DNA of 64,000 nucleotides from Oculina patagonica (Eukaryota): NCBI RefSeq assembly GCF_052425735.1, contig NC_135758.1, positions 31,310,001 to 31,374,000 of the forward strand, read 5' to 3'. Shown piece by piece: positions 23,831 to 35,846 of this stretch (position 1 is its first letter; each line of letters starts with the position of its first letter). The notes under the pieces were generated by a model. It saw only the letters and a program-made list of their open reading frames with translations, ran no database searches and was not told where the DNA came from. The position numbers and the translations under genes were made by a program.

Positions 23831-24547
23831 ATAACTCACATAACTAGGAAACACGTGGTACACAGATAAATACACGATGCTACTGTACCAGATAGTGCCG
23901 GACATGGGAGTGGATAGCTACAGAAGTGTAAAGGCATCGAAGAAATGCTTAAGCTTGAAAGACAGCGGCAAAACGGAGTTTGAACATTTGCTATTACAAC
24001 ACATCAGGTAAAAGAAGCGAAGGATTCTTACGCGAACTGGGCCGAAATGAGATGCAGGGCTCTTATTTATACCCGCGCTTGTAAGGGACTGGCGCGAATA
24101 GTGCGTGCAACTTGGAACCTCGTTCCCAGGGCTCTCTCTTACTATGTCGATAGCAGGATAATTGCTTTTGGGAATGAGGTTGAGGACTTTTTCATATTTT
24201 ATTTCGTGTTGTTTTTCAAACTCTTTACCCCGGAAAAAAAAACTTTTAGCCATCTTCTTTTTGTACTTTTTTTATTAGATCTTTTTCCCCTATTTTGAAT
24301 TATTTTTTTCGATCGTTATATTCCCGTACAAACTCTTATAATAACGTTATTACGCAATGTCATATGTTAAGCGTTAAGCAGTTATTAAAATTGTTTCATT
24401 CGCAATGCATTATTTGCTGCATGTACGTTTCAGATTTCCCTTGAGGGAATCAATTTACATTTATACGTGCGACGCGGCAAGAACACAGTCAGACGTTATC
24501 TGGACGCAACGACGTGTACCTGTCTCGTGTACTTGCTATCGAGAGAA

Positions 24548-27500
24548 ATGTATTTCAAAGCCCTGTTTCTTATTGGAATTGTGTTCGGAGCATGCTCTTC
24601 GACTAGCGTCGATTTCAGCAGTAAGTCAATAATTCTATTTGACTTTGTTTCTTTTCTGTTTTAAATACCGTTTAGAACTCGACCACTGCGCGCTTTCGTT
24701 TCTTCGCTCGTGGCCTAAAATTTTAGGCTGCTAGTCCGCCACCTTTCGTTCTTCCGTATTTGTTTCTTGTCCAGACACTCGTGGATTAAGACTTTATCTG
24801 CTACATTTACAGCATTTAAGATTTTCACTGATCAACTAATAAACTTCGGGACACAATACAAGGCCCGAGTAAAGGTGGGAGCCATGCTACAATCGACGGG
24901 AAGGGGAGGGGAGGAGCTGGATGCGGGTGAGGGTGGGTTATGCAACTGTCGGACATAATATTATGGGGATCATAAATTTTGTTCTGATTGTTGATGCTAT
25001 GGCTGGTATTTAATAATATTTCAGGGGTTTGTTGGACATGCGGGGCTAATATAGAACAAGTACTAGGGTCTGCTAAAAGCCAACACTAAGTGGAGTCTTA
25101 GTGAGATAGCCGTCGATCGCCTGAGTGAACAACAGCTCGAATTGTGGTGGTCTTCGTTTCGCTAGTCCAGTCCAGTCCTTGAAGTCCAGTCCAAAGGAAA
25201 CTTTTTTCAGCAGTGAGTCGACTGGCGCGGCGGGAGATGTCACTCGGGCTCTCTCTGCTACTTGTTCTTAATGAACAGCGTAAACGATTATGAAATGGTT
25301 AAATAATGTCAGTGTTAAATATGCCCCACGCCCATTTGTTGACTTCATTGCTCTTTTGATGCTGTTATCTTTGTCTCTTTTTCTTTAGCTAGGGATACGA
25401 GAGAGCGGGTAGAGGTACGGGGGGGGGGGGGGGGGACTAGGGGTACGCCGGAGACAGAAGAAGAGACATTTAGTTAGCGGGGTATGAGCGAATTAACTTG
25501 AAAAGTGATCTTCTAACCTAGCCATAGTTCTTTTAAAATGTTGATTTCACAGGGAGACTTTCTCAAACTTAAAAACATTTCCGGTCAGTCTGATGTGTTT
25601 TCTTTGCGGTGCGAGTACAACTTTACCATCTTATTGTTTTTTATAGACTACAAGCCGTCTCTCTTCTATCTTAGTCCGTGGAGCAGGAAGCGAGAAAAAG
25701 CGCGGGTGGAAAAATCTCGCCCCCATATTTTCCACGGACATTTTCTATTTGCGCTTTTTAGCTTCACGTTCGCTCGTAGTCTACGGTTTTTGATTGTGAT
25801 ACAAGCAGGAGGCAAAAAACACGCACAGATAAAACAAATTTCTTCTGTCAAACAAGCAAGCGACAGTCTATCGGCATGTTGTACAAAATACAATGAAAAT
25901 AGTGTCATTTCCTCTTCATTATAATTACGACTGGCTGACGTTTCACTGTGCTAACTATAGAAATCATCGGGTACTTCTTTTAAAACCTTTTCAAAATAAA
26001 ACCTAGTGTGGCTACATAACTTTGAATTAAGCGAGCATAACAACGTTTCCGGAGTTAAAGTAATCTTTGCTTTTGATTTGAAGCGGACCCCACCGTCTGC
26101 CTAATGAGATCTAACGTCCGGTCTATGTTCTGTAAAATGACCCTGAGTACGTAGGACAAATTCCTAAACATCTTTTACTTGAAAACATTGCTGACTCATC
26201 ATCAGGGCACCCACCGGAACATTTCGGCAAATATGTGTTCAGAAGGCCTGTTATCCCCTCAGATTTTCTTTAGAAAACTTTCACTCGAACCTTCGTAATA
26301 TAGGAAATATAACACCTGTTGTTTTCGGAGAGGTAAAAATGTTTGTGTACAGAAAAATGCCAGCTACGATTTTCGGAAAGATAACTGTTTCAACAGCTCT
26401 CAAATTCGGGTAATGAGATTTTGTTCCCTTAAAGTTTCTGCCACTTTACATGTAATATTGAGCTAGAAAATCTAGAGGTATTAAACTGTGTTGGCTTATG
26501 CAAATATTCCTTACAAAGTTCCTTAACAATACGGGAAAAGAATACAGCGACATTCCACGACGTTTGACTGAATTTCCTCGTTGGGTGCTCCTGTCATGAT
26601 AGAATAGAATATAATAGAATAAAATAGTGGCTGTTTTTAATTCTCGTTGGACATCTAGTTTTTCCAGCCAAGTCTCAAAAAGAGATCGTCGATATTAGCA
26701 TCATAGGAAGAAGAAGTCAGGATACGCGCAGCACGATTTTGTAGCTTTTGAAGTTTAGAAGCATTTGTTTGTACGACACTACAGTAATGGAAATGGGGTT
26801 GCACTAAAGCGTTATAAATGCACAGAAGCGTTTTAAAGGGAACAAAATACCTGCTTCTTTTCAAGGCAATGCCAGAGGCAATTTTTTTGAAAATTTTTTC
26901 GATTTGTACATTCCAAGTTAGATTTTCATTTATTTATACACCAAGAGATTTCGTAACTTCAACTTGGTTTGTAGGATCATTATCAATAGTAAAAGACGGT
27001 GGTCTGATGAACGTACTCGACCTTTGCCTTGAACCTAGCAACATAAACTCAGTCTTGGACTTATTGAGAGTGAGTTTAATTTATTTGCAGTTAGCCATTC
27101 ATTGACTTTAGTTAAATCTTCATTCATACTATCTTCTAAATGCGTAACGTCGTTACTGGCAAAAGCTAAGGCGTATCATCTGCATACATCCTAGTTTGTG
27201 AATTAGACAGACAGTTAGGCAAATCATTTATATAGAGTAAAAGGAGAAGAGGACCTAGGATTGTACCTTGAGGAATGCCACAAGGTAAAGGTTGGCTGTC
27301 CGAGAGAGAACCGTTAACAAAGCATTTTTGTGTGCGATTATTCAAGTACGATTTAAACCAGTTATAAGAGTTATTTCTTACACCATAGGCTTTTAACTTA
27401 GATAGCAAGATGGAGTGATCGACAGTGTCAAAAGCCTTCTTTAGATTTAGAAAAACCACGGCATTAACGTTGCCTTTATCGATATTGAAAGCCCAATGAT

Positions 27501-30500
27501 CTGTGGCTCCAAGCAGGGCAGTAGCAGTGGAGTGAAGTGATCGAAACCCTGACTGATTACTAGAAATTAGATTATCTTCACTGATCATATACGATTCTCT
27601 CTAAGACTTTAGCCACGACTGGAATTATAGAAATAGGGCAATAGTTATTTAAGTCAGAAGGTTCTCCTTGCTTGAATAGTGGAATGACTTTAGTGGATTT
27701 CCATTCGACAGGAAAAACACCAGATACAATAGATCTATTAAAAATACAGCAAAGAGAACCGGCGACTCGCGCAAAAGTCGTGCGGAGATTTTATCCGTAG
27801 TCCCGTCGCCTTAGATTTACAAAGTTTAGACAACCGACAAAGGGAATACTTTTGAACAATCTGATGTTTTGAGTTCAAATCTATGTTTTGTCTCCTTGAG
27901 GTAATCCGACTGAAGCGGACTGTTCCCACTTCGTTGAATGTCGTTAATAAGTTTCAATCCAACACTGGAAAAATGATCATTAAAAGCAGACGACAGCTCC
28001 TGGGGATTGCAAATGCTGCTGTTGTTAGTTTTTATCTCCCCTTACAGTAGAGCTGTGAATTTTTCTACAAGTGAGTTCATTAATGATTCGCCAGGTCTTA
28101 CGAGAATTGCCTTCGTTTTCACGCAACGTATTTTTGTAGTATTGTTCCTTGGCTTGTTTGATTTCATTGTTTACTGCGTTGCGGCATTTTTTTAAATTTC
28201 AACCAGTCACTCGCATTATCAGTTCGAGCGGCTTTCATTTTGAGAATGTCCCTATAATGCATTCTTTTCTTCAACTGAGGTGTGATCCATGGTGATTTGA
28301 GTGCAAGAATGCGTTTTGTGCGCAAGCAATGGAGCATGTTTATCGACACATTTTAAGAAGAGATTGTTCCAAATGTCCCACATATCGTTTGGGTCATCAC
28401 AACATGAAATATCGTATCGAAACCTAGAAGAGTCGAAATTTTTACATTTCCTACAGGTTATTGTAGAATGACCCTTTGAAAGTGGATCTATAGAGATCTT
28501 ACGGCATGCAAAGACGAGACTATGGTCGCTTGGCCTTACATGTGATACACCAGAACAAACAATCTTGTCAGGACAATTTGTGAAAATCACATCGATCAAA
28601 GTAGAAGAAGTACTAGTAATACGAGTTGGGTTGCTTATAAGTTGATGGAGGCCATAAACATCAGCAATACTAAGTAGTAAAACTGTGTTGTTAGAATCAG
28701 GTTGAGGGGAAGCTACATTACAATTAAAATCGCGCATTAAATAAAACTCGATATTCTCAGCAACAAGCTTTCCAACAAGGGTTTCAATTTTTTTTTGTGT
28801 TTCAAAATGAGAAAAGATTTCGGTTGATGAATCAGGAGGCCTGTACCGGGTAGCAATAAGAAAAGGTTTAGATCGAGGTTTACGAATCTCAATACATAGA
28901 TTTTCAAGCTTTTTAACACTTAGGTCAGGGCGTAAAGAGAAATTTAAGTTAGATCGAATATAGATACAAACACCTCCACCTAACCTGCCATTCGTATTCG
29001 ACTGTACTCTCGATCGCGACGAATGATCTCAAAACCTGGAATATATACTTCATTATCACTAACAGTATCGTCAAGCCTTGTTTCATTAATAGATAATACA
29101 TCCAGAGGGCTGTCGGCAAGCAAAATTCTCAGCGCGTCGATATTGTTTGGCAAACTAGTAATGTTTAAAGAGGCTAATTTAAAGCCACGTACCGCGCGTA
29201 GGTAAAAACGCTTGACTCGCGAGGTAGTTGATTGGAATTTTGTCGAGCTGCAGAAGTTTCATCGGCAATCACAGAATTAGCAGTTCAATGACCGGGGGAA
29301 TTATCTAAGAATTTTACAGAATTACTAAATAAAATGTTGTTACCTCTCTTATTTAAATGTATTCCACTCTTAATCAGTCCATTGCTATTAATATTGTGGT
29401 GTTGAATAAGCCTCCAATCGTTCTGATTACAGAATTTTTTGAGCTTTTTATTAACAGCTTTCACAGATCGTTTGGGACACTGTCCGACCTTGATACCAGT
29501 TCCGATCAGTCATGACGTAGAGATTACTCCATGGAAAATGCGCGCGTACGATTTTTATTCACGAGTTGAGTAGTATCAGAAAATGAACGAGTGAGCGTAT
29601 AATTTGTTTATTTTATAGATACTGAGGTTTTTGAAAAGCAAAATCGCTCGACGTTTTATCGGTTACGCGCGTGTTTAGGAAACCCATTCATCTGCCAGAA
29701 ACTAAAATAACTAAAGCATCTGTTTGCCTTTCAAAATCAAAACTTCAATGAATTAACACACGAAATGAGACGTCAGTTTATACAGTGGTTTATTCTCTCA
29801 CAACTTTGACAGAAACAACTTTTGATAGAAAACCTGACTGAGGCCTTGTTTAAAACTTGCAAGTTCGAATTCAATGTTTTAAATCAGATTAAAACAGCGG
29901 TAAACGCTGAATAACTCAACGCCAACTCGAGCGAACTTTTACCAAATTAAATCAAGAAAACAGTCTGCAAAAACCAAGGACAAACCTGCAGTGTCTTAGT
30001 CATCATCTGAATCAAAACTCGCTACAATCCCTCGGAGTGAAGACGGCTCGTACAGTACAGTAGTTAAAGGTTTATTCAATTCCGCAGGAGGAATTTCGAC
30101 TATCTCGCTTCGTGCTTCTCCTTTTGTTTGAAGAAACGCTGTCAACAAGGCCGTCTTGTTTAGTTTTCTTTATAATGTTTTGATTTTCCTGTTCTGCAAT
30201 ATTACAAGACTCAATGGAGCCGTTTAAACTGAGACACTAACCTCGATGTGTGATCATGTCGAGTCATGTGTTTTCGACGAGAATCAAAATGGCGATCACG
30301 GTGTTGTTCACCAGTGAGTTTTCATCGTTCGCGTTTGTGATTGGACGAACAACGTTTTTTCACTAGTGAGTTTTCATCGTTCGTCTTTCCTATTGGCTAA
30401 TGCATTCCACGTATTATTTGTACGCAATCGTTTTTTCGTGTGTAAATCTGTGGTGCGGTTCTTAGTTTTGTTGGGGGTTTTTTTTTTGGTTCTTCTCTTT

Positions 30501-31584
30501 CCCTTTTCCTTTTTTGGAAAAAGGGAAAAAATTAACAGTATCTATGATAGAGCGGTTTTCACTTGAGTGTCGAAAGTAAATTGCATTTGCATTGGTTTTG
30601 AATTACTACGCTTAGTGATTGGTTTAAAAGTCTCGTGCCACTTTCTCAACCAATCAATAAACCAAAACCAATCGTGTCTCGCTCGCGCACGTTTTCCCGC
30701 GCTTCGTGCCAGCTACGTGTATTTGCTTCGAGTTTTGATTGGTTCACTGGATTGTCTGTGTGTTTTGTGATTGGCCAGAGTAATTACTTTGGTTTTGGTT
30801 TTACGACACTCAATTGAAAACTGATCTATAATGCTTAATATGTATTTACCGTGTTTTGGGGTTCAATTTTTTTCTCCTAGCAATATGAAAGAACACGATC
30901 TGGATTTTGACGCTTTTTCTTTTGAAAACTTTTCTAAAAGGACTCTTCCAGAATATATTTTGCCTTCTCTTATACAGATCTCAAATGCAAAGGCCGGACA
31001 CCACCAGCCCACGGCAAGCTTGTCTGTCAAGAAGACCTAAACACTCAGAAAGTATATTGTCAGATGTCATGTGACCCTGGGTACGATGTTGACTACCTCG
31101 CTGCCATGCGTTACGTATGCAATCCTGACGGCACATGGACAGCTGATCCATCATCCGTGGGCTCACAATGGCCAAACTGTAGGATATACGGGTAGGTAGA
31201 ATTCAAAATTTACCTTCCCTCTTACTAATTTCAGTGAATTAACAGCCAAACTATATTGAAATCCTTTATTACGCTTTTCAGAGTTCTTGTTCGTCCATAG
31301 CTGGAGTAAGCAACAAAATTAAAAAAAAAGGTCGATAGGTTACGGCTACGAGATTTGCTTTAAATTATGAAGATGATTACCGAAAACGTTCTTGTGTGAG
31401 CTGGATCTTTTAGTCCTGTAATATCGTCGAGAGATTCTTAATCTGTGTATTTTTCTCCTAGTGTTAGTTGGACTCAACGATATTAACATTTTCGAGTATG
31501 TTTATTTTAAAGATTTTGAGTATTCTTGTTTACAATTCCAATTTTTTTAAGCTTAGGCCCACCATCACTTATGGACTTTTCTGT

Positions 31585-31616
<32 letters not shown>

Positions 31617-32016
31617 TTTGTTTGTTTGATTGTTTGTTATGATGGGCCCTTTTGCAGCATGGGTTTCCACGCCGTTAAGCGGAAATTGAGATTGAGAATA
31701 CGTCAATTTCCTCGTAGTTTTTTTTTCTCCCTTTTAGGAATGGGTCTTACCGCTGGCTGACATACTCGGCCAGCCCAGTCCCAGTCCATGCCCAGTCCCT
31801 TGGCATTCTCGGCTCTCGGCTCAGGGGAGCCCAGGCTCGACCATGAGCTGTGACGTCACCGTAGAGCACTACCGTTCCAGGTCTTGCGCGGTCACCGAAA
31901 CAAGAGAGAACGCCTAGGGACTTGGATGATACTGGGAGCTTCCTTTATCTTTCTGTTCATTACTGACACATCATCATTCTTTGTTCTGTTTCAGCCGCGG
32001 AGAACCGGTACCCTGA
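24548..32016 (+). CDS. Secreted 102-aa single Sushi/CCP-like-domain protein, copy 2: exons 24548-24620, 30978-31191, 31995-32016
   Basis: Exon 1 reads MYFKALFLIGIVFGACSSTSVDFS (signal-peptide-like) and ends at a phase-1 GTAAGT donor. Phases 1/1 and 2/2 join in frame. Six-Cys domain with PAHG, CDPGY, YVC..DGTW and WPNC. AATAAA downstream. Confidence 0.78.
26602..29400 (-). pseudogene. Second CR1/L2-group LINE ORF2 (AP endonuclease plus RT), heavily decayed, with (TTCTA)n tail
   Basis: GFKLASLNITSL/INETRLD endonuclease start, SDHSLV, NYCPIS, QSGFR, KKAFDTVDH, GIPQGTILGP, YADD and LQNRAARI; many frameshifts. Confidence 0.9.
30548..30828. mobile_element. MITE (TAGAGCGGTTTTCA termini); second copy at ~41040-41330
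   Basis: Imperfect long TIRs (gttttcacttgagtgtc / gacactcaattgaaaac); two dispersed copies in the window. Confidence 0.8.
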
Positions 32017-32700
32017 ATGAGACTGTATAACATGACGAGATGCTTGATAACCAAGCATCGCAAACACAGTAAAACCTCAGTGACAACTTTCAAGAAAAAG
32101 AAAGAAATGCTTTAGTAATGTAATGTTGTAAACGAATAAACTGTGGAGAAATAAATAACTCAGTGGGAATTGCTAAATTGATGTTTTTTGTTTTCGCGCG
32201 CTGTGTTAATAACGCTATGCGAGGAATTAATGCCGTTACTCATGTTATTCATTCATGCATATTTCCTTTCGACTACTGTATACTTTTTTGTGTAAAGGTA
32301 TAGTTTGCTTCAATTATAGTAGAACTGAGAAAGATCTAAATTAAGGCGAAAAAGATGTCCTTTATTTCACGTGATCAATTTTCATTTTGAAAGTGGTAAT
32401 CAACACACCGGCGAGGGCAAATTAAATCTGCATTTCATAGCTGAGTTTTGTCCTTCAGTATGCATTCAATGTTTCGTGAATTACTTGTCACAGTCGCTTG
32501 TTAGCAACGTTGTGAGGATTTAACGCGCACGTAACATTGTACAATCTTGTTCTGCAATGTTTTGTTGGTGATCGCTTCAGACACATCCTCCTCATTTTGT
32601 GCTGTCCAAAAAATTAGCTGCTTCCGGTTTGTAACCAACCAGTAAACGACCTGAAAACCGTACTGTACCATTTCATAACGCCTTTTGAGTTGCCTTTGGT

Positions 32701-33327
32701 TCAAGCATCAAATAACGTTTCTGATCTGTCTTGAGATACCGTTTCTGACTTGAGTAGATCTTTTAAAGTTCTCATACTCCAAGCCACTTGCATTTCCGTC
32801 TATTTTCAAAATGCGTAAATGACGTCCTTAACCCTGCGTGGTACATAAAGACCCACAAAGTAATGGAAAGCCGTTTCAGCGGGCTCTGCCATATTAGAAA
32901 GAGAATCTTGCAGGTAACCCACAGCCCACCAACAGGCGACCAAACATGCAGTCGAGGCTGCCGCGCAACACAGAGGCACCGAAAGGACTAGGACTAGTGC
33001 AAAGAGCCCCGCGCCCACGAGCGAGGACTCGGCCATGACAAACACAACAAACGAAATGAGAAATGTAGCAAAGACAAATCCAAGGAATACCATGCAAGGT
33101 ACGGAGCCAGCGAGAACTGCAGTGCTCACGAATAAGGCAGTCAGCGGTCTTCGCCTTGAGAATCTGAGCAGCCATGACAGTCGCGAGCCTCGCCTGCTGA
33201 TTGGTTGTTGATTCTGCCAATAGTGGAGCATCGTTTCAGGCTTGTTGTCCGGCAAATGGAATCTGACTCGTTTATGAATCAGCGAGTGCAAACTATCTTC
33301 ACTATCATTGCCTTGAAGACTATCCAT
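32701..33327 (-). pseudogene. LDAF1: Promethin/LDAF1-like copy 2; C-terminally truncated (stop at 32806-32808) or pseudogenising
   Basis: Highly similar to copy 1. A 1-bp deletion in a T run creates TGA, and a 1-bp insertion near 32765 restores the original frame to the ancestral stop near 32701. Confidence 0.65.
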
Positions 33328-33360
33328 TACCTTGGAGAGAAGATTGAAACGTTCAGGGTA

Positions 33361-33573
33361 CCTTAAGGTTACTATTGTTAGCGGCTATTAATTTGAGCGA
33401 TTTTAGCAAGTTCGGTTAAAATCGCTAAATTCAGTGCTCGCTAACTGATTTGTCTCGGTCAAATTTAATATCGTTAAATTTTCCTCCCTTCCCACCCCAA
33501 AGGGAAACAAAATATGCGCCCTGAAAAAATCGCTAAAATTAGTAGCCGCTATATATAAATAGTAACCTTAAGG
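33361..33573. mobile_element. Tc1/mariner-type MITE just upstream of LDAF1 copy 2
   Basis: TIR ccttaaggttactatt; TA TSD; empty site at ~10421 in copy 1. Confidence 0.9.
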
Positions 33574-35846
33574 TATAAAATTGGCTACACTCAATTTACT
33601 TTTTGAACACGACCTTTCCATTTTTCATGTTCAAATAGTGTTGATCATTATTCGTTTGTCCTTTATGTGTCGTATGCAATTTCCCAACGAAAACATGAGT
33701 TTCGTCAAACTCATAACAAAAGTAGATCCGCTATACGTACATGCGACTACAAAGAGTTGTCAAATTTTTTATTCAGACACTTTAATTCATCTTGGATACC
33801 CAAGTCAGTTTTCAGCCACAGAGAAAGGTGTTCGTGGGCACTAAGATTGAAATGAAGGTTTTACTTTGTGGCAGATTGGTATTTAAATTGAGGACCCCTG
33901 GACCCTGGGAATCTTACAATCAAACGCAGATAACATACTGAATTTATCAAAAGCTTGAAGGAAAAGCGCGTAGCCAGCGCCAAGCGCGGGAAAACACGTG
34001 GAAGAAAAAATTGGCCTTTTTTCCGATTGATTAAAAAACGGCATCTTTTCCATGTTAAGAGCATGCTGTACGGTTTTTAGGTGCCCAGAAAACGCAAAAT
34101 AATTAAACACAACTACTCTTGAAACGACTGATATAAAGCTAAACCAACAACAAGCAAAAGTAAAATCCATATAAAAAAAATTGAAGCAGAAACACATATT
34201 TATAGTGACAGACAGGGGAACAAATAGCCAAGTTTGTTTGTTTGTTTTTTTGTATTTTTTTACAGCAGCTGCCTAATGTTTCTGATCTATATATCGTACA
34301 AGTTAATCAACCATATTACTGAGCGCAATTAAATTGGAAAACTTAACAGTAGTCTAACTTGTAACTTTAATCAACCTCCCTCCCTCAAAAGAAGAACTCA
34401 TACCCATAGTAGTCCACATAAGCTACAAACCAAATCAAAGCAAAACATCGTTACCTGTGAACTGAACACCACTCTAGACTAAGCAATAACACTGACATCT
34501 TAACCCATTGTCAGTGATCAATCAAAATTTCTTTCATCCGATCGCACGTCACAATTTCTCAATAGGTTACGTCACAATCATTAATTCTCTGCGCGCAATG
34601 GTAAGGCGCAGAACTTAGAATCTAGTTCCCAGGGCTCTCTCTTTGTCTGTCGATAACGGGATAATTGTTTTTGGAATGAAGTCGAGGTCTTTTTTATAAT
34701 GTATTTCATGTTGTTTTTCAAACCCTTTTTATATTCTAAGATGAGGAAATTTTGTGGAAGTCCCAGCACTAACCTTAGAAAGTAGACAATGGAAAACTTT
34801 TAGCCATTTCCTTTTTTTACTTTCTGTGGAGGACTATTTCTGGGTAAACATCAGGTATTTAGCTGCTGTTAAAGTTTCTGTGTGTTCCGGTATTATTTAT
34901 CCCGCTCGAGCCGCCCCTCGTCGCTCCCCACACCGGCCTGGAGTGTTGTGAGGTTGGTGTATTTAGGCTGTTCACAGCCTCTCTATTTTCCAACGCAAAA
35001 AAACAAACAAACAAACAAACAAACAAAGAAAGAAAAAACAAGAAAGAAAAAGGGAGCGCGAAGCACGACGAGGGCTGTGAACAGTCTTGCTGTATTCGCA
35101 GGCTAGGCATTATCTGGAAAGCATTAGATGCGTTAATGTTTTTCTGATCTCAGAGAAGCGTTTTTGGATATTCTTTCAACAGCCGGATCAGGGGGAGTAA
35201 TCAACTCATGGTGGTTGGTCTTGTAGAGTTTTTAAAACGCGCTTGCATTTCACTGTGTGTCGTATAGCGCAAGATCATTAAATACTGAATACAAACTTAT
35301 AGCCGAGAAGGGAAGAGGCCTCTCTTGCATGCATACTGACTCGAAGACAACTTCGTTCCCAGGGTATTCTCCATCCCTGAGAACGAGGTTGACTCGAAGG
35401 GACTTTTTAATGCACGATAAATTCCAAGACCCAGCCAATCAACCCCTTCATACGTTTTTCTGTCAATTTGTTTACGGTACTAATCTATTTAAACATCAAC
35501 TCCGTTGAATAGAATAGAACAAGGTATATAAATCCGAATCAAAACAAATTTTATTTAAACTATATATATTTATCCAAAATAGGAATAGCAGCAGAGAATT
35601 TTAGGAGGCCAAATAAGAAAAGAAAACAATAATAACAATACAAAACAAAACAACGAAGCTTCTCAAAAAAAACACCCGGAAGTATTTTATGGTGATAACA
35701 AGTGATTTCTGGTGATAACCAAACCTTCCAATCAGTGGCAATCTTTGTGACGCAAAACTATCGCACATAAACAGGTCCCCACACACGTATTTACATTTTA
35801 TTGAGCGCCGCATTCGCACGTAAAAAAGTGAACTGTCGTATATAGG

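Larger units (their letters stand above)
18392..24101. mobile_element. 5.7-kb non-autonomous TIR element of the same family, in opposite orientation, carrying repeat cargo
   Basis: 18392-18452 is the inverted right end of the MITE; 24021-24101 is the inverted left end (matches 18127-18206). No transposase ORF seen. Confidence 0.8.
1..24260. repeat. Tandem segmental duplication, copy 1 (starts before the window); inflated by insertions at ~167-6665 and ~11911-24101
   Basis: Collinear matches: 1-165 with 25486-25645, 6668-7790 with 25645-26600, 7800-11910 with 30830-34562, and 24110-24260 with 34612-34810. Confidence 0.92.
25486..34810. repeat. Tandem segmental duplication, copy 2 (portion alignable within the window)
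   Basis: Collinear with copy 1; copy-specific insertions at ~26602-29500, ~29517-30830 and 33361-33573. Confidence 0.92.
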
